A stretch of 63,098 nt of DNA, filler included, from Saprolegnia diclina VS20 (Eukaryota): the NCBI RefSeq assembly GCF_000281045.1. It is 5 parts of 4 records of this genome, joined end to end, with 100 filler letters (N's around TTAATTAATTAA, not from the genome) between each part and the next. Parts side by side here need not be neighbours in the genome. Positions count along the whole stretch, not along the records: positions 1 to 13,668 come from NW_008246223.1; positions 13,769 to 29,469 come from NW_008246223.1; 3 more parts are not named here. One strand, given 5' to 3'. Under the pieces are notes generated by a model. That model was not told the DNA's origin, ran no database searches, and worked only from the letters and a program-made list of their open reading frames with translations. The position numbers were made by a program, and so were the translations under genes. This document shows positions 10,122 through 20,653 of the stretch, in pieces; positions within the stretch are counted from its first letter, which is position 1; the number at the start of each line of letters is the position of its first letter.

Positions 10122-12074
10122 TTAAAAGACGAGCACGTCAAACTTCTGGTTGTCGTTGTTGTTGCCGCAGTCCCAGACCTGCACGCGGTGGTTCGAATCG
10201 TTCGGGTCGACGTCCAAGCACAAGTTGGCGTGCGTCGCGTGCTTGATCTGGCCGTTGGCGATGATCCACTTTTGGTTGGCGTTGCTTGTCGAGCACTCGT
10301 ACGTGTGGAGGTGGCCGACGCCGTTGCTGTCCTTGTACGCGTCCCAGCACTGGCCGTTGTTGCTGACGCTCTTGATCCACTGGTTAACGTTGTCGAGTTC
10401 AAAGAGCTCGTTGGCGTTGTTGCGGCCGACGTCAGCGTACAAGCCGGCGTTCCACTCGGAAATGTACTTGCCGCGCTTGGTGCGGATCTGCACGTAGCTG
10501 CGCACGTTCTTGTCGTTGCAGCTCGTCGAGAAGCGCTGGCGAATATCGTTCGGGTCGCACGCCGCCAGCGCCACGTCGTTCTTGCCCGCGATCGACGTCA
10601 AGCACACGTTGTGCGTCTTGTGGACGATCTGGTTGTTAGCGACCGTCCACTTTTGGTTGCCGATGGTCGCGTCGCACGCCCACGTGTGGAGCTTGAACCC
10701 GGCGTCGGCAGCGTACGCGTCGAGGCACTCGCCGTTGCTCTGCACCTGGAGCGCACCGGACGCTTCGTTGTAGACGAACAGCTCGTTCTTGTTGCCCTTG
10801 GGCGTGTCCTGGTAGAGACCCTGGTAGTACTCGGAGAGGACGCGGTTCGAGATCGAGCAGAACGAGATCGTGTTGGCCGGCGTCGGCGACTGGGTCGTCG
10901 GTGTCGGTGTCGCCGGCGCGGTCGTCGGCGCGGACGTCGGCGCGTCACTGGTCGCCGTCGCGTCCTTGGGCAGCGGGATGTTCTTGGACGCGAGAAACTC
11001 AACAATACGGTTCATCTTGATGCCGCCGTTGTTGCAGCCACCGCAGTTGTGGAGGGCAACGACGACGTTGTCCTTGGTGCTGATCATCGGCGAGCCCGAC
11101 GACCCGCCTTGCGTGTCGAGCTGGTGGCCGACGTAGTCCTTCTCCGGGATTTCCGTGTAGCAACTGCCGCTGCTCAAGTCGACGATCTTGCCGGGCGTGT
11201 TGTTTGCGGTCACGAGCGCCATGTGCTGTGGGTTGCCCTTCGGGTGCTGCGGGATGTAGATCTCTTCGTTGAGGACCGGGCCGGACGGGCGGACCTGGAG
11301 GTAGCCGTACTGCTTGAGGTCCACGCCGTCCTTGAGCTTGAGCTTCACAAGCGCAAAGTCGTTTTTCTGGTCCGAGACAATGTACTCGGCATCCGACGCA
11401 ACAAGGTTGCCCTTGCAAGCAAGCTGCTTGGTGTTGTTCGGGTCCTCACACGTCGCGCACTTGGCAGCAAACTCGACCTGAACGTTCTTGGCGTCGTCGG
11501 CCGTCTTGATGCAGTGCCAGTTGGTCATCAGGTGGCCTTCCGAGCCAATGAGCCAGCCCGTGCAGAGCGACCGGCCGTTGATGAGAAGACGCGCGACAGC
11601 CTTGCTCGTGTCAAACTTGGTCTTTTCGTCTTGAGCATAGCACTGCGACGGCTTGGAGTTGTCCTCACCGCAAATCGACTCGAGGACGTTCTTGGGGCCG
11701 CCAGTGCCCGAGATAAACTTGTCAACCGCAAAGACACTGCCGCTCACCGTCTTCTCGTACGACGGCGCCGTGTACGTAAGGACAACACGGTCGGCGTCGA
11801 TCGTCGTCGTGAAGAGATCGTCGTGCTTGCCGGTGTACGACACCTTTTTGCTGCCGTCGAGCGATGTGATGGTAATGGACGCTCCCTCCGGAAGGTCCAT
11901 CGAGGTAAAGTGAAGCGAGATGTACGTCGCGCCGGACCGCTCGATGATCTGGCTCACGGGCTTTGAGCCATCGGCGCTAAATGCGAGCGCGTTGTCGGCG
12001 CCAATGTCGAGCGGGGCGGGCGAGGCCATGGCGGCAACAAGCAGCGCGCTCGTGAGTGTGGCCAGTCGCATCAT
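10122..12074 (-). CDS. Secreted S1 serine protease 5 with two ricin-B lectin domains
   Basis: ATG 12074 (MMRLATLTSALLVAAMA), motifs TNWHC / DFALVKL / DTQGGSSGSP, a T/P linker and two QxW lectin domains. Confidence 0.93.
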   Translation of the reverse strand: MMRLATLTSALLVAAMASPAPLDIGADNALAFSADGSKPVSQIIERSGATYISLHFTSMDLPEGASITITSLDGSKKVSYTGKHDDLFTTTIDADRVVLTYTAPSYEKTVSGSVFAVDKFISGTGGPKNVLESICGEDNSKPSQCYAQDEKTKFDTSKAVARLLINGRSLCTGWLIGSEGHLMTNWHCIKTADDAKNVQVEFAAKCATCEDPNNTKQLACKGNLVASDAEYIVSDQKNDFALVKLKLKDGVDLKQYGYLQVRPSGPVLNEEIYIPQHPKGNPQHMALVTANNTPGKIVDLSSGSCYTEIPEKDYVGHQLDTQGGSSGSPMISTKDNVVVALHNCGGCNNGGIKMNRIVEFLASKNIPLPKDATATSDAPTSAPTTAPATPTPTTQSPTPANTISFCSISNRVLSEYYQGLYQDTPKGNKNELFVYNEASGALQVQSNGECLDAYAADAGFKLHTWACDATIGNQKWTVANNQIVHKTHNVCLTSIAGKNDVALAACDPNDIRQRFSTSCNDKNVRSYVQIRTKRGKYISEWNAGLYADVGRNNANELFELDNVNQWIKSVSNNGQCWDAYKDSNGVGHLHTYECSTSNANQKWIIANGQIKHATHANLCLDVDPNDSNHRVQVWDCGNNNDNQKFDVLVF

Positions 12075-13103
12075 GTTTGTGCTGCTTGGCGTGTACCGAA
12101 GGAAAAGGTAAAGTGAGCGATTTGTGGAAAGGGCGCGCTGCGGGACACGCGCTATTGGCCCGAGCGTTACTGCCCGACAACATGTGTTCTCTGGCACTTG
12201 GTGATGTCTGGTATTCTGGCGCTTTCTGAGTTTCGGTTGCCACAATTTCTGGTCAGATTCAGATTCGAGGCGCCGCCGCCTTGCCGAGACGAGCGCGTGA
12301 GGCAGCAGTCGGCAACGAGGATGACGACCGCGCAGAGTACGCTGCACACGTCGACGACCGGGAGCGACGTGGGTCGTTTGAGAAATGCATCTGGATACCT
12401 CTCAGAGTATGTACCATTAGCATCTGGGTGCGCGGAACGCTTACGCAGCGCGTGCAACCGGATCGAACGGGTCTGGCTCTTGGTCCGATGCATATACTCC
12501 CACGTGCCAGCTCCACGTGCCCAGTATTCTCCGCTGTCTCGGCTCGCATACGAGCAACTGAGTTCCCTTGCATACGAGTCTCAGATGCGAATCACTTTTC
12601 TCTAAAAGACATTTATGCAGGATTCTCTAGACAATCACCTTAGTTTAGACACTAGAACCGTTGGTTCTACAAGGCGCGTAGAGGTGCCCTCGTGATGCCA
12701 CGTAGTTTGCAGAATCTTCCGAGAAACCACGCGCGCTTCGTGTCCGACGGTGTGACAATGAGACCGCAACGACCGTGCGCTCTACGGTCGGCTCACGATT
12801 CGTACGGTAGTACTTGGACTCTGACGCGTGGACTTGCCCACTCGGTCGTAACTTCGTCGCCTTCGTGGATACCAGTCCTAGATCAGGTTTCCAGACTGCG
12901 GATCTCCAAAACCAAGCTCGTGAGTTCCGCCACATGCAGCCGTGGTCGAGGACGCTACATCGAAACCCCAAACGAGACGCAGGAGGACACACCGCTGGCC
13001 GCACGATGGGCAACGTTGGAGGCGCTCCGACGACGACGACTGCCCATTTAGCCGGCTAGAGAAGGACGCATAGTACAGGCGCAATCGCGATGGAAGAGAC
13101 GCT

Positions 13104-13198
13104 GAGCGTTTGCATGAGATGCCAAGACGTCCCAGAGTACAACACTCGACGAGCGTTTGCACGAGATGCCAAGACTGTCCCAGAGTACAACACTGGAC
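13104..13198. repeat. 47/48-bp tandem duplication
   Basis: GAGCGTTTGCAYGAGATGCCAAGAC(T)GTCCCAGAGTACAACACTSGAC at 13104-13150 and 13151-13198. Confidence 0.85.
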
Positions 13199-13769
13199 CA
13201 CCCGTCCGCCGACGGTGCTAGTGTAGCCCACCTCCCTTCGTGGCAAACGACCGCACGCCAAGCACACTGGAGCCACTGCCTGGCACGCCTGTCACCTCGC
13301 GTCGTCGTCGCACTAAGGATGCGGTCGATGGAGGCGCTGGCGCGTCACCTCGTCGCTCCTTGCGGGCTGCCTGCCAAGCTGCTCCTGCGCGTGGGTCATC
13401 ACGGCTTGGTGCGCCATCCGCAGCTGGTGGTGGCGCTAGAGCTGTTGGCCTTTCTGTCAAGGTGCGTTGGTCACGTGCTTCTTCAATGTGGCAGTAATGA
13501 CTCGTACCACTGCGCCTTGCGTCGCGCCACGACAGCGTCATGGGCCACGCCACTGCTGCTCGGAGGAAGAAACCAAGCGCGATGATACTCGGTGGTCGAT
13601 GGCCGCCCAGATCGAGCTAGTACCAATCACTCGAGTGTGCTGAGAATGGCAGGCGCGTCAGAGCAAAGNNNNNNNNNNNNNNNNNNNNNNNNNNNNNNNN
13701 NNNNNNNNNNNNTTAATTAATTAANNNNNNNNNNNNNNNNNNNNNNNNNNNNNNNNNNNNNNNNNNNNG

Positions 13770-15713
13770 GCCGTCGATGCGCAGACGCCGCTGCAGTTTA
13801 GCACCCCAATGCCCATCTCGCTCACGCTCAACGGCAGCGGTCCCGTGACGCAGGTCCTCTCGAGCGACCGCGCGACGTCGCTCTCGGTGCACATTGCGTC
13901 GATGCGGCTTCCGCCGGGCGCAACGCTGACGATCGGTACCGAAGACGGCCGCGACAAAGTCGTGTACACGGGCGACCTCGACGACGTCTACTCGGCCGTC
14001 TTCACGCAGCCGCGCCTTCTTCTCAACTACTCATCGCCGACGTACTCGACCGGCAGCAGCGCGCCGATCGTGACGATCGACACGTACTTTGCAGGCGGCG
14101 CAGGCGGTAGTGCCGAGTCCATCTGCACGTCGACGGGCGACGCCTCGCAGCCGGCAGCGTGCTACGTGAGCGATGCAGCCAAGACCAAGGCGTCCAAGGC
14201 CGTCGCACGGCTGCTCATGAGTGGCTCCACGCTCTGCACCGGCTGGCTCTTTGGCTCGAGCGGGCACCTGCTCACCAACAACCACTGCGTCCCGACAGCA
14301 GCGGTCGCCGCGAAAACGTCGGTCGAGCTCGGCGCGGCCTGCGCGACCTGCAACGACCCGAGCAACAACGTGCAGCTCGCGTGCAAGGGCACGACTGTCG
14401 CGTCGAGCGCGACGCTGGTCGCGACGAACGCCGAGTTGGACTTTTCGCTTCTCAAACTCAATCTCAACGCGGGCGTCGACGTGTCCAGCTATGGGTACCT
14501 CCAGGCACGCGAGAGCGCCACCGTGCTCAACGAGCCCGTTTGGCTCGTCGGCCATCCGGGCGGCAACCCACTGCGCATTGCGACAGTGGTCGAAGGCAGC
14601 GCGACAGGCTCGATCGTGTCGCTGAACGTGCCCAACAGCTGCCAGATGAACGAGGTCGGGTACCTCCTCGACACGCAAGGCGGCTCGTCGGGCTCGCCGG
14701 TCCTGAGCACCACGGACAACAGCGTCATTGCGCTCCACAACTGCGGCGGCTGCAACGCCGCGACAACATCCAACGGTGGCATCCCGATCGCAAGCATCCT
14801 CGCGTATCTGCGGACCAACGGCATCCCGCTGCCGCCCAACAGCATCATGCCGACGCTGACGCCTACACCGACGCCGACACCGACGCCGACACCGACGCCT
14901 ACACCGACGCCGACGCCCACACCGACGCCGACACCTACACCGACGCCGACATTGACGCCGATTCGACTCTGCACCGTCTCGAACCGCGCCGTCTTCGAGT
15001 ACTACTCGGGTGTCTACTACGGGTCCCCGAGCTTTAGCGCGAACGAGCAGTGGACATACGACCCATCGACCGGTGCGGTCCGCGTCGCCAGCAACGGCCA
15101 GTGTCTCGACACGTGGAGCAGTGACGGCGGCGCGTCCTACCACCTCCACACGTACGCCTGCGACGCATCCAACGCCAACCAGCGCTGGACGATCGCCAAC
15201 GGCCAAGTGCAGCACCGCACCTACGGCGTCTGCCTCACGACAGTATCTGGTGCCACCGCGATCGGCGTGGCCCGCTGCGACGTTAGCGCCGTGCGCCAGT
15301 GGATCTCGCCATCCAACTGCCAGAGCTCGTCGACCGTCCGCAGCTTTGTGCAGCTTACGACCTCCACGCAGCGCGTCGTCTCCGAGTGGTACACGTCGGT
15401 GCTCGCAAAGGCGCCCAATGGCGGCTGGACCGAGCTCTGGGAGCAAGTCGCGGGCGGCGGTCTCCGGTCGTACAGCAACGGGCAGTGTCTTGACGCGTAT
15501 CAAGCCGGCAGTAGCTACAAGCTGCACACGTACGGCTGCGACGCCAACAACGCCAACCAAAAGTGGATCGTCGGCAACGGCCAGATCAAGCACGCGACGC
15601 ACCCAAACCTGTGCTTGGACGTCGACCCGACCGACGCGAACTCGGCGGCGCAGGTCTGGACGTGCTATGCCAACGCCATCAACCAGCGCTTTAGCGTCGT
15701 CGCCTTCGAGTAG
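13770..15713 (+). CDS. S1 serine protease 6 with (PT)n linker and two ricin-B domains; 5' end lost in gap
   Basis: Motifs TNNHC / DFSLLKL / DTQGGSSGSP, ~17 PT repeats and two QxW domains. The frame runs out of the N gap, so the signal peptide is not visible. Confidence 0.9.
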   Translation, partial: AVDAQTPLQFSTPMPISLTLNGSGPVTQVLSSDRATSLSVHIASMRLPPGATLTIGTEDGRDKVVYTGDLDDVYSAVFTQPRLLLNYSSPTYSTGSSAPIVTIDTYFAGGAGGSAESICTSTGDASQPAACYVSDAAKTKASKAVARLLMSGSTLCTGWLFGSSGHLLTNNHCVPTAAVAAKTSVELGAACATCNDPSNNVQLACKGTTVASSATLVATNAELDFSLLKLNLNAGVDVSSYGYLQARESATVLNEPVWLVGHPGGNPLRIATVVEGSATGSIVSLNVPNSCQMNEVGYLLDTQGGSSGSPVLSTTDNSVIALHNCGGCNAATTSNGGIPIASILAYLRTNGIPLPPNSIMPTLTPTPTPTPTPTPTPTPTPTPTPTPTPTPTPTLTPIRLCTVSNRAVFEYYSGVYYGSPSFSANEQWTYDPSTGAVRVASNGQCLDTWSSDGGASYHLHTYACDASNANQRWTIANGQVQHRTYGVCLTTVSGATAIGVARCDVSAVRQWISPSNCQSSSTVRSFVQLTTSTQRVVSEWYTSVLAKAPNGGWTELWEQVAGGGLRSYSNGQCLDAYQAGSSYKLHTYGCDANNANQKWIVGNGQIKHATHPNLCLDVDPTDANSAAQVWTCYANAINQRFSVVAFE

Positions 15714-16632
15714 ATGCTCTCGTAATGGTAGACGATTCGTACATCATGCAGTAGTACTAGCATCGCATACATCGGACAGTACATGCGCGCTGCGGCGGCG
15801 CGTAATGGCCTGCGTCCTGCAGGCTGTAGCATCGCAGATGATGCGAGGAAGGTCCTATCGCCATCATCCGACCAAGCTATTTGTACCAAGCCATCGCCAG
15901 GACGCGTAGCAGGCGCATGGCGACGCGACGCGTGGCAGGCTTGGCTGTGCGTAATGGCCCCACGTTCGATCCCGTCGCCCATCCCGTTGCTGCGCTCCGT
16001 ACCTCATCCGCTCCGTCGTCGTAGCGTGATGCGCGAGGTAGACGCTACTAGCGTCTACCTCGCATGTCCAGCGCCATCGCCCCATCGACCCATCGACTCA
16101 TGGACCCATCGACCTCGCTCTTCCTCGACCTTCCTCCATCCTCCATCGTCGACCGCGCTTCTTCCCGTCTTCTTCGATATCGACGTTCGACCGCAAAGTC
16201 CGTTCGCCAAATCTCCGCCTATCCGGATGCTTGCCCCACCCATACAAACACCAAGTGCCACGTAACGTCCGTTATCCGGTTTCAACGGCTCCACGTCACG
16301 AGATCCCACTTGCGTGCTTCTTTGGCATCGATCTCTCTTGCTATTTGTATATCTATTCCATTCAATACAAACAGCAAGTATAAAGTATGCATTTGAAGCG
16401 TACACATGGCCGACCAAGATCGTCCCAAACGCATGGGCTTCTTCTCCTATGTTAGCTACTAAAGTGCATATGTTGACCCCATACTGAGTACAGAAAGACG
16501 GCATAATCTGGAATTTACATGTAGAAAATATGCATTTGAATCGCGCACCTGTCTGAAACCAACGGAGCGCGTCCACGGACCATCCTGCCCGCAGCTCATT
16601 TCGCATTTGCCAGCATCTCAAGCAGCAGCAGC

Positions 16633-17136
16633 ATGTCCCTCGACTACGCCCAAGTGCAGCACGACCCGGTGCCCACGGTCCGCGCGAGCCATGAGCCCAA
16701 CCTCGCCTTCGTCATCCACCGCAATAAGAACAAGAACGTGGTCTCGTACGCGGCCAACCTCCTCGCCGACGGCTCGATCAACGCGGCCGACCCGCTCAAG
16801 GTCGACTGGATCATGTTCGAGAACGCGGGCGTACCGCGCGAGGGCCTCAACATGGTCGAGCGCAACACGGCGTACGGCGTCAACGTGTCGCCCATGGAGG
16901 GCAAGCCCGGTCACTTCAAGGTCGTGCTCGCGTCGCTGCCCGACAAGGTCATTGACTTCCACCTTGTCGATGGCAAGCCCGTCGCGCTCATGACGATCAA
17001 CGGCAAGGACGGCAGCCGCATTGACCGCGTCTTTGTGACCTCGACGACCTCGTGGGGCATGCCCAAGGTGCAGCACATTGAGATCTTTGGCACCGACCCC
17101 TCGGGCGCCGCGATCGTCGAGAAGAAGATTCCGTAA
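16633..17136 (+). CDS. DUF4833-like protein
   Basis: Intronless 167-aa ORF with strong codon bias. Motifs FVIHRNKNKNVVSY, PLKVDWIM and LNMVERNTAYG resemble DUF4833 as I recall it. Confidence 0.65.
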   Translation: MSLDYAQVQHDPVPTVRASHEPNLAFVIHRNKNKNVVSYAANLLADGSINAADPLKVDWIMFENAGVPREGLNMVERNTAYGVNVSPMEGKPGHFKVVLASLPDKVIDFHLVDGKPVALMTINGKDGSRIDRVFVTSTTSWGMPKVQHIEIFGTDPSGAAIVEKKIP

Positions 17137-17239
17137 GCTAGTCAATCTCCTTAATGCACCTTGTATTACCCTGTACTCCCTCTTCATGCTCGCCGACCGT
17201 TGAAGCACGCCGCCATGGCCTATCGCGGCCGTCGACCTC

Positions 17240-19451
17240 ATGGCCCGTCCATGGCGTCCACGCCCCTTCCTGGCGCCCGTCGCCGTTATCGCGGCCCGTC
17301 ACACTTCGCACATGACCGTCCATCATCGTAGCATGTCGCAAGCCGTTATGACCATGCCAGTACGTTCTTGGTTGCTATTCTTGGCCGAGCGTGGCAGAGC
17401 TGGAACCGCCATCGTAGTCGCAGGCATGGCGGTCAAGTACGTCTTCTCGGCCGAGCACTGCGCCGACTCGACGTGCCTCGTCCTCGACATGTACCTGCTA
17501 CTGGCGCTTCTCCTGCTCGTCCTTCTCGTGCCAATCGTACGCTGCGTCCTATCGCGGGCGAAGCAGCGCCGCCTCTTGCGCAAGATCCAAGCCAAGAACA
17601 TGGTGTCGATCTCCGAGACGATGATCCGGAAGGACATTGACAGCGCGCAGATCCAGAGCAAGAAGAACAACGAGAAGCACGGGATAGCGTTCCTCGCTGC
17701 GCGGAACGGGCTCTCGTCCTTCCTCGGCAAGCACTCGCGGTGCGCCTGCCGAACCTCTTTGGCACTTAGCCGTGTGGACTTAGCGTCAAGAAGCTCCAGA
17801 AGAAGATCACGAACAAGCTCATGACGCACCACGACACGTCCGACCTCTTTACCAAGCCCACGTACGAGGAGAATGCGATTCTGGCGGTCGCGCCCAACTC
17901 GATCCGCGTCCAGCAAGAGCAAGACAAAGTCCACAAGCTCCTGACGATGCGCCGGTAGCCGCTTGCACCGACGCCAAACCTGCATCTGTCTCTGCTTGCT
18001 AGGGCCAGTCTCACCTCCAACGTGAGCTTCAAGGTCGCCGACAACGTGTTTGCGTCCGTGTACGAAGTCAAGCTGGCAGAAGTCCGCCTCGTCAAGCGCG
18101 TCGCGATCGGGCCGCTCAGTGAAGTCTACGCCGGCGTATGGCGCAACACGCGGGTACCTTGCCCTGCGGCAAAGGCAGTAGTAGCTGAGGCAATGCCAGG
18201 TCGGCGTCAAGCTGCTCATGCCCCGGGAAACGTACCAGGAAGGCCTCGAGGAAGCGATCAAGAACTTTCGCCGAGAGATTTGGGTCATGAGCCGCATGAA
18301 CCACCCGAACGTACTGCATTTGATTGGCGCGAGTCTCACGTCGAGCTGCTATGTGCTCATTATGGAGTACATGGCCAACGGTATTTGAGCTCAATTTCAA
18401 CATAGTAGAAACTACGAACTTGACATGTGCTAGGGTCGCTCTACGAATATTTGCGGGACCCAAACAACATTATCCCGATGCCGTTGGTGCTCAATTGCAC
18501 CTTGGACATCATTCACGGCATGCACCACGTGCACGAGCAAGGCATTCTGCAGGTATGGACAATCTTGGTCCACTCTAGTGTTCTTACGATATATGGCTAG
18601 CGCGATCTCAAGACCAAGAACCTCCTCGTGTCCGACCACTTGGTCGTCAAGGTCGCCGACTTTGGCCTCTCGCGCTATAAAGACAAGATGTACGGCGAGT
18701 ATACATTTGTGGGCACCCCATTCTGGTACGTGCGAGAGATTATGAGACAATCTTGTACAAGAAGACAATTATATTGTAGGGCCGCCCCCGAAGTCATTCG
18801 CCATGACAATTACACGGAAAAGGCCGACGTCTACAGGTCCCACTGTGTTTTCAACGCATAGTTAAACGTTCCACTAGTTTTGGCGTCGTGCTCTGGGAAA
18901 TGATCGAGCGCAAGGACCCGTACCAAGGCATGAACCCGCTTCAAGTCCCGCTGCTCGTTTGCCAAGAAGGTACTTGCATCGCTAACGGTGGCCTTTCAAA
19001 CCAGGGGTAGGGTTACGACCGGCCGACCTCACCAACCCAACGCCCGAGCTGTACAAGGAGCTCATGACGGCGTGCTGGGACGTTGACATGGACAAGCGAC
19101 CCGACTTTGGCGAGATCCTTCGGTCCATGGAGCGCATTGCGGAGCTCTACCAACGGAATCCCGAGCCCGTGGCGCCCGATGAAATTGTCTGCATTTTCAT
19201 TATTATTTGTTTTTACGAAAGCTTCACCGTAGAAAACCTCGGAGCGCGACGAACGCTTCAGCGACCTCGAAGCGCACGTCATCCAGCGCCGGCGACGGGC
19301 AAGCGTTGTCGGCCGCCACGATTTCGAGTGCTCGCACGAAGCCATGGACCGCAAGATCCCGATCAAGCAGAGTCAGTCGCGAAGGGGCCCCAACTTTTTT
19401 CGCCGGAGCCAGCAGATGGACCCGACGCGCCTCTCGGCTTGCAATACATAG
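17240..19451 (+). CDS. Multi-exon TKL-type protein kinase with N-terminal hydrophobic segments (start uncertain: 17240 or a downstream Met)
   Basis: Spliced reading gives VGVKLL, HPNVLHLIG, MEYMANGSL, QRDLKTKN, DFG, GTPFWAAPE, DVYSFGVVLWE and CW...RP. About nine short GT-AG introns (e.g. 17740-17769); stop TAG 19449-19451. Confidence 0.85.
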
Positions 19452-19513
19452 TCGTCTTCTGACTCGATGCATAGTAGTATTGTTGATGCCAATATTGTGC
19501 ATACTGTCGGGCA

Positions 19514-20653
19514 CTAGGCCGTGAGGTGCTTTTGCACATACGCGTGCAACGTGGCTTCGTCCTCGGAGAAGTGTGCTGTCCCGTCGATCGTCGCACTGCC
19601 GCCGAGGACGGCGGGAAGGTGCTCGGGGCCAAGCCATGCGGTGAGGCGGCGTACGTAGTCTTTGGGCGCCGGGCAAATGCGGATTTTCTGCTTGGTGACG
19701 TCGCTGATCAAGCGCTGGATGACGAGCCAAAACGTGTTGAACCATGGCGGCGTGTTGATGATGTAGATGGCCGCGCAGCGCTCGGGGTAGTGCTGGCCTA
19801 CGCGAAAAATGATGCAGAAATAAAAAAGAAATAGTTCGAGGATCGAAGCGTGTACCAATCGTGCGCATGGTCCACGAGACAAATGTGCGAAAGTCGGCGT
19901 TCTTGCAGTCACCGAGCGCCATGCCGTGGAAGTCGAGGATCTTGACCATCTGGCCGACGGTCGGCGCCGCCTTGTCGAACGGCCGCGTGTCGAGCCGCGC
20001 CCACTGAAACTCGGTGAGGAAGAGGTAGTGGGCCATGACGTCTGCGAAAGCAATGCTGTGCTGCGCCTCGAGCACCGCGAGCGCCTTGTTCAAGCCACCG
20101 ACGTGCTCGTAGACGACGAGATTCTTGTTGTCCGTGCGCGTCCGAGCGCAGAAGAAGTGCGACCAGTGCGCCTTGATGACCGCAAAATGCAGTCGCGGCG
20201 TGTGCAGAATGTGGTCGATCTGGTGCACGCTGCGCCACGTGAGCGTGCTCGCCCAGCGCTCGTCGGCGTTCTTGCTGCAGCCAAACGTGAAGCGGGGCGG
20301 CACAAAGCCGTCGGTGATCATTGAGACGGGGCACCCGCCGCAACCATTCCAGTCGCTGCCAGGGTCCGCGACCGGCGGCGCCTCGATCGCCATGTCGACA
20401 GCGTTCACATCGACTAGAGGCCATGTGAGAGAGATGGAAGCGCGTCGCGCAATGTACCGTCAAAGTCGATGCCTTCAAGCGCTGCCATGTCCTCGGGCGC
20501 AACCGTTGCCTCGTCCGCCGTGAGCTGCGCGACGTTGCCAAAGGTCGAGGGCCGGTCGTCGATGGCGGCGAGGACGGGCAGCGGCTCCGCGGCAGGCTGC
20601 ACGTCCACAGGCGCCGCGGTCGTCCGGCGGCCGAACCCCAGCTTCTTGAACAT
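19514..20653 (-). CDS. CRAL-TRIO (Sec14-like) lipid-binding protein, 2 introns
   Basis: ILDFHGM...QHYPERCAAIYIINTPPWFNTFWLVIQRLISDVTKQKI...LPAVLGG is the CRAL-TRIO signature. ATG 20653 (MFKKLGF). Confidence 0.88.

Noticed and set aside
13669..13768. TTAATTAATTAA palindrome between N runs (also ~29514, ~53478, ~59279)
   Set aside because: Identical six-frame-stop spacer flanked by Ns, so it is an artificial contig-join linker. Adjacency across these joins is uncertain.
14850..14960. (CCGACG/ACACCG)n repeat as a standalone satellite
   Set aside because: It encodes the Pro-Thr linker of protease 6.
1099..15602. Long antisense ORFs (1099-2757, 7554-9344, 9978-11966, 14031-15602)
   Set aside because: Shadow frames of GC3-biased protease genes, with no recognisable motifs.
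15960..16260. CCATCG/CGTCG-rich pyrimidine-skewed tract
   Set aside because: Low-complexity sequence with no consistent period or credible ORF.
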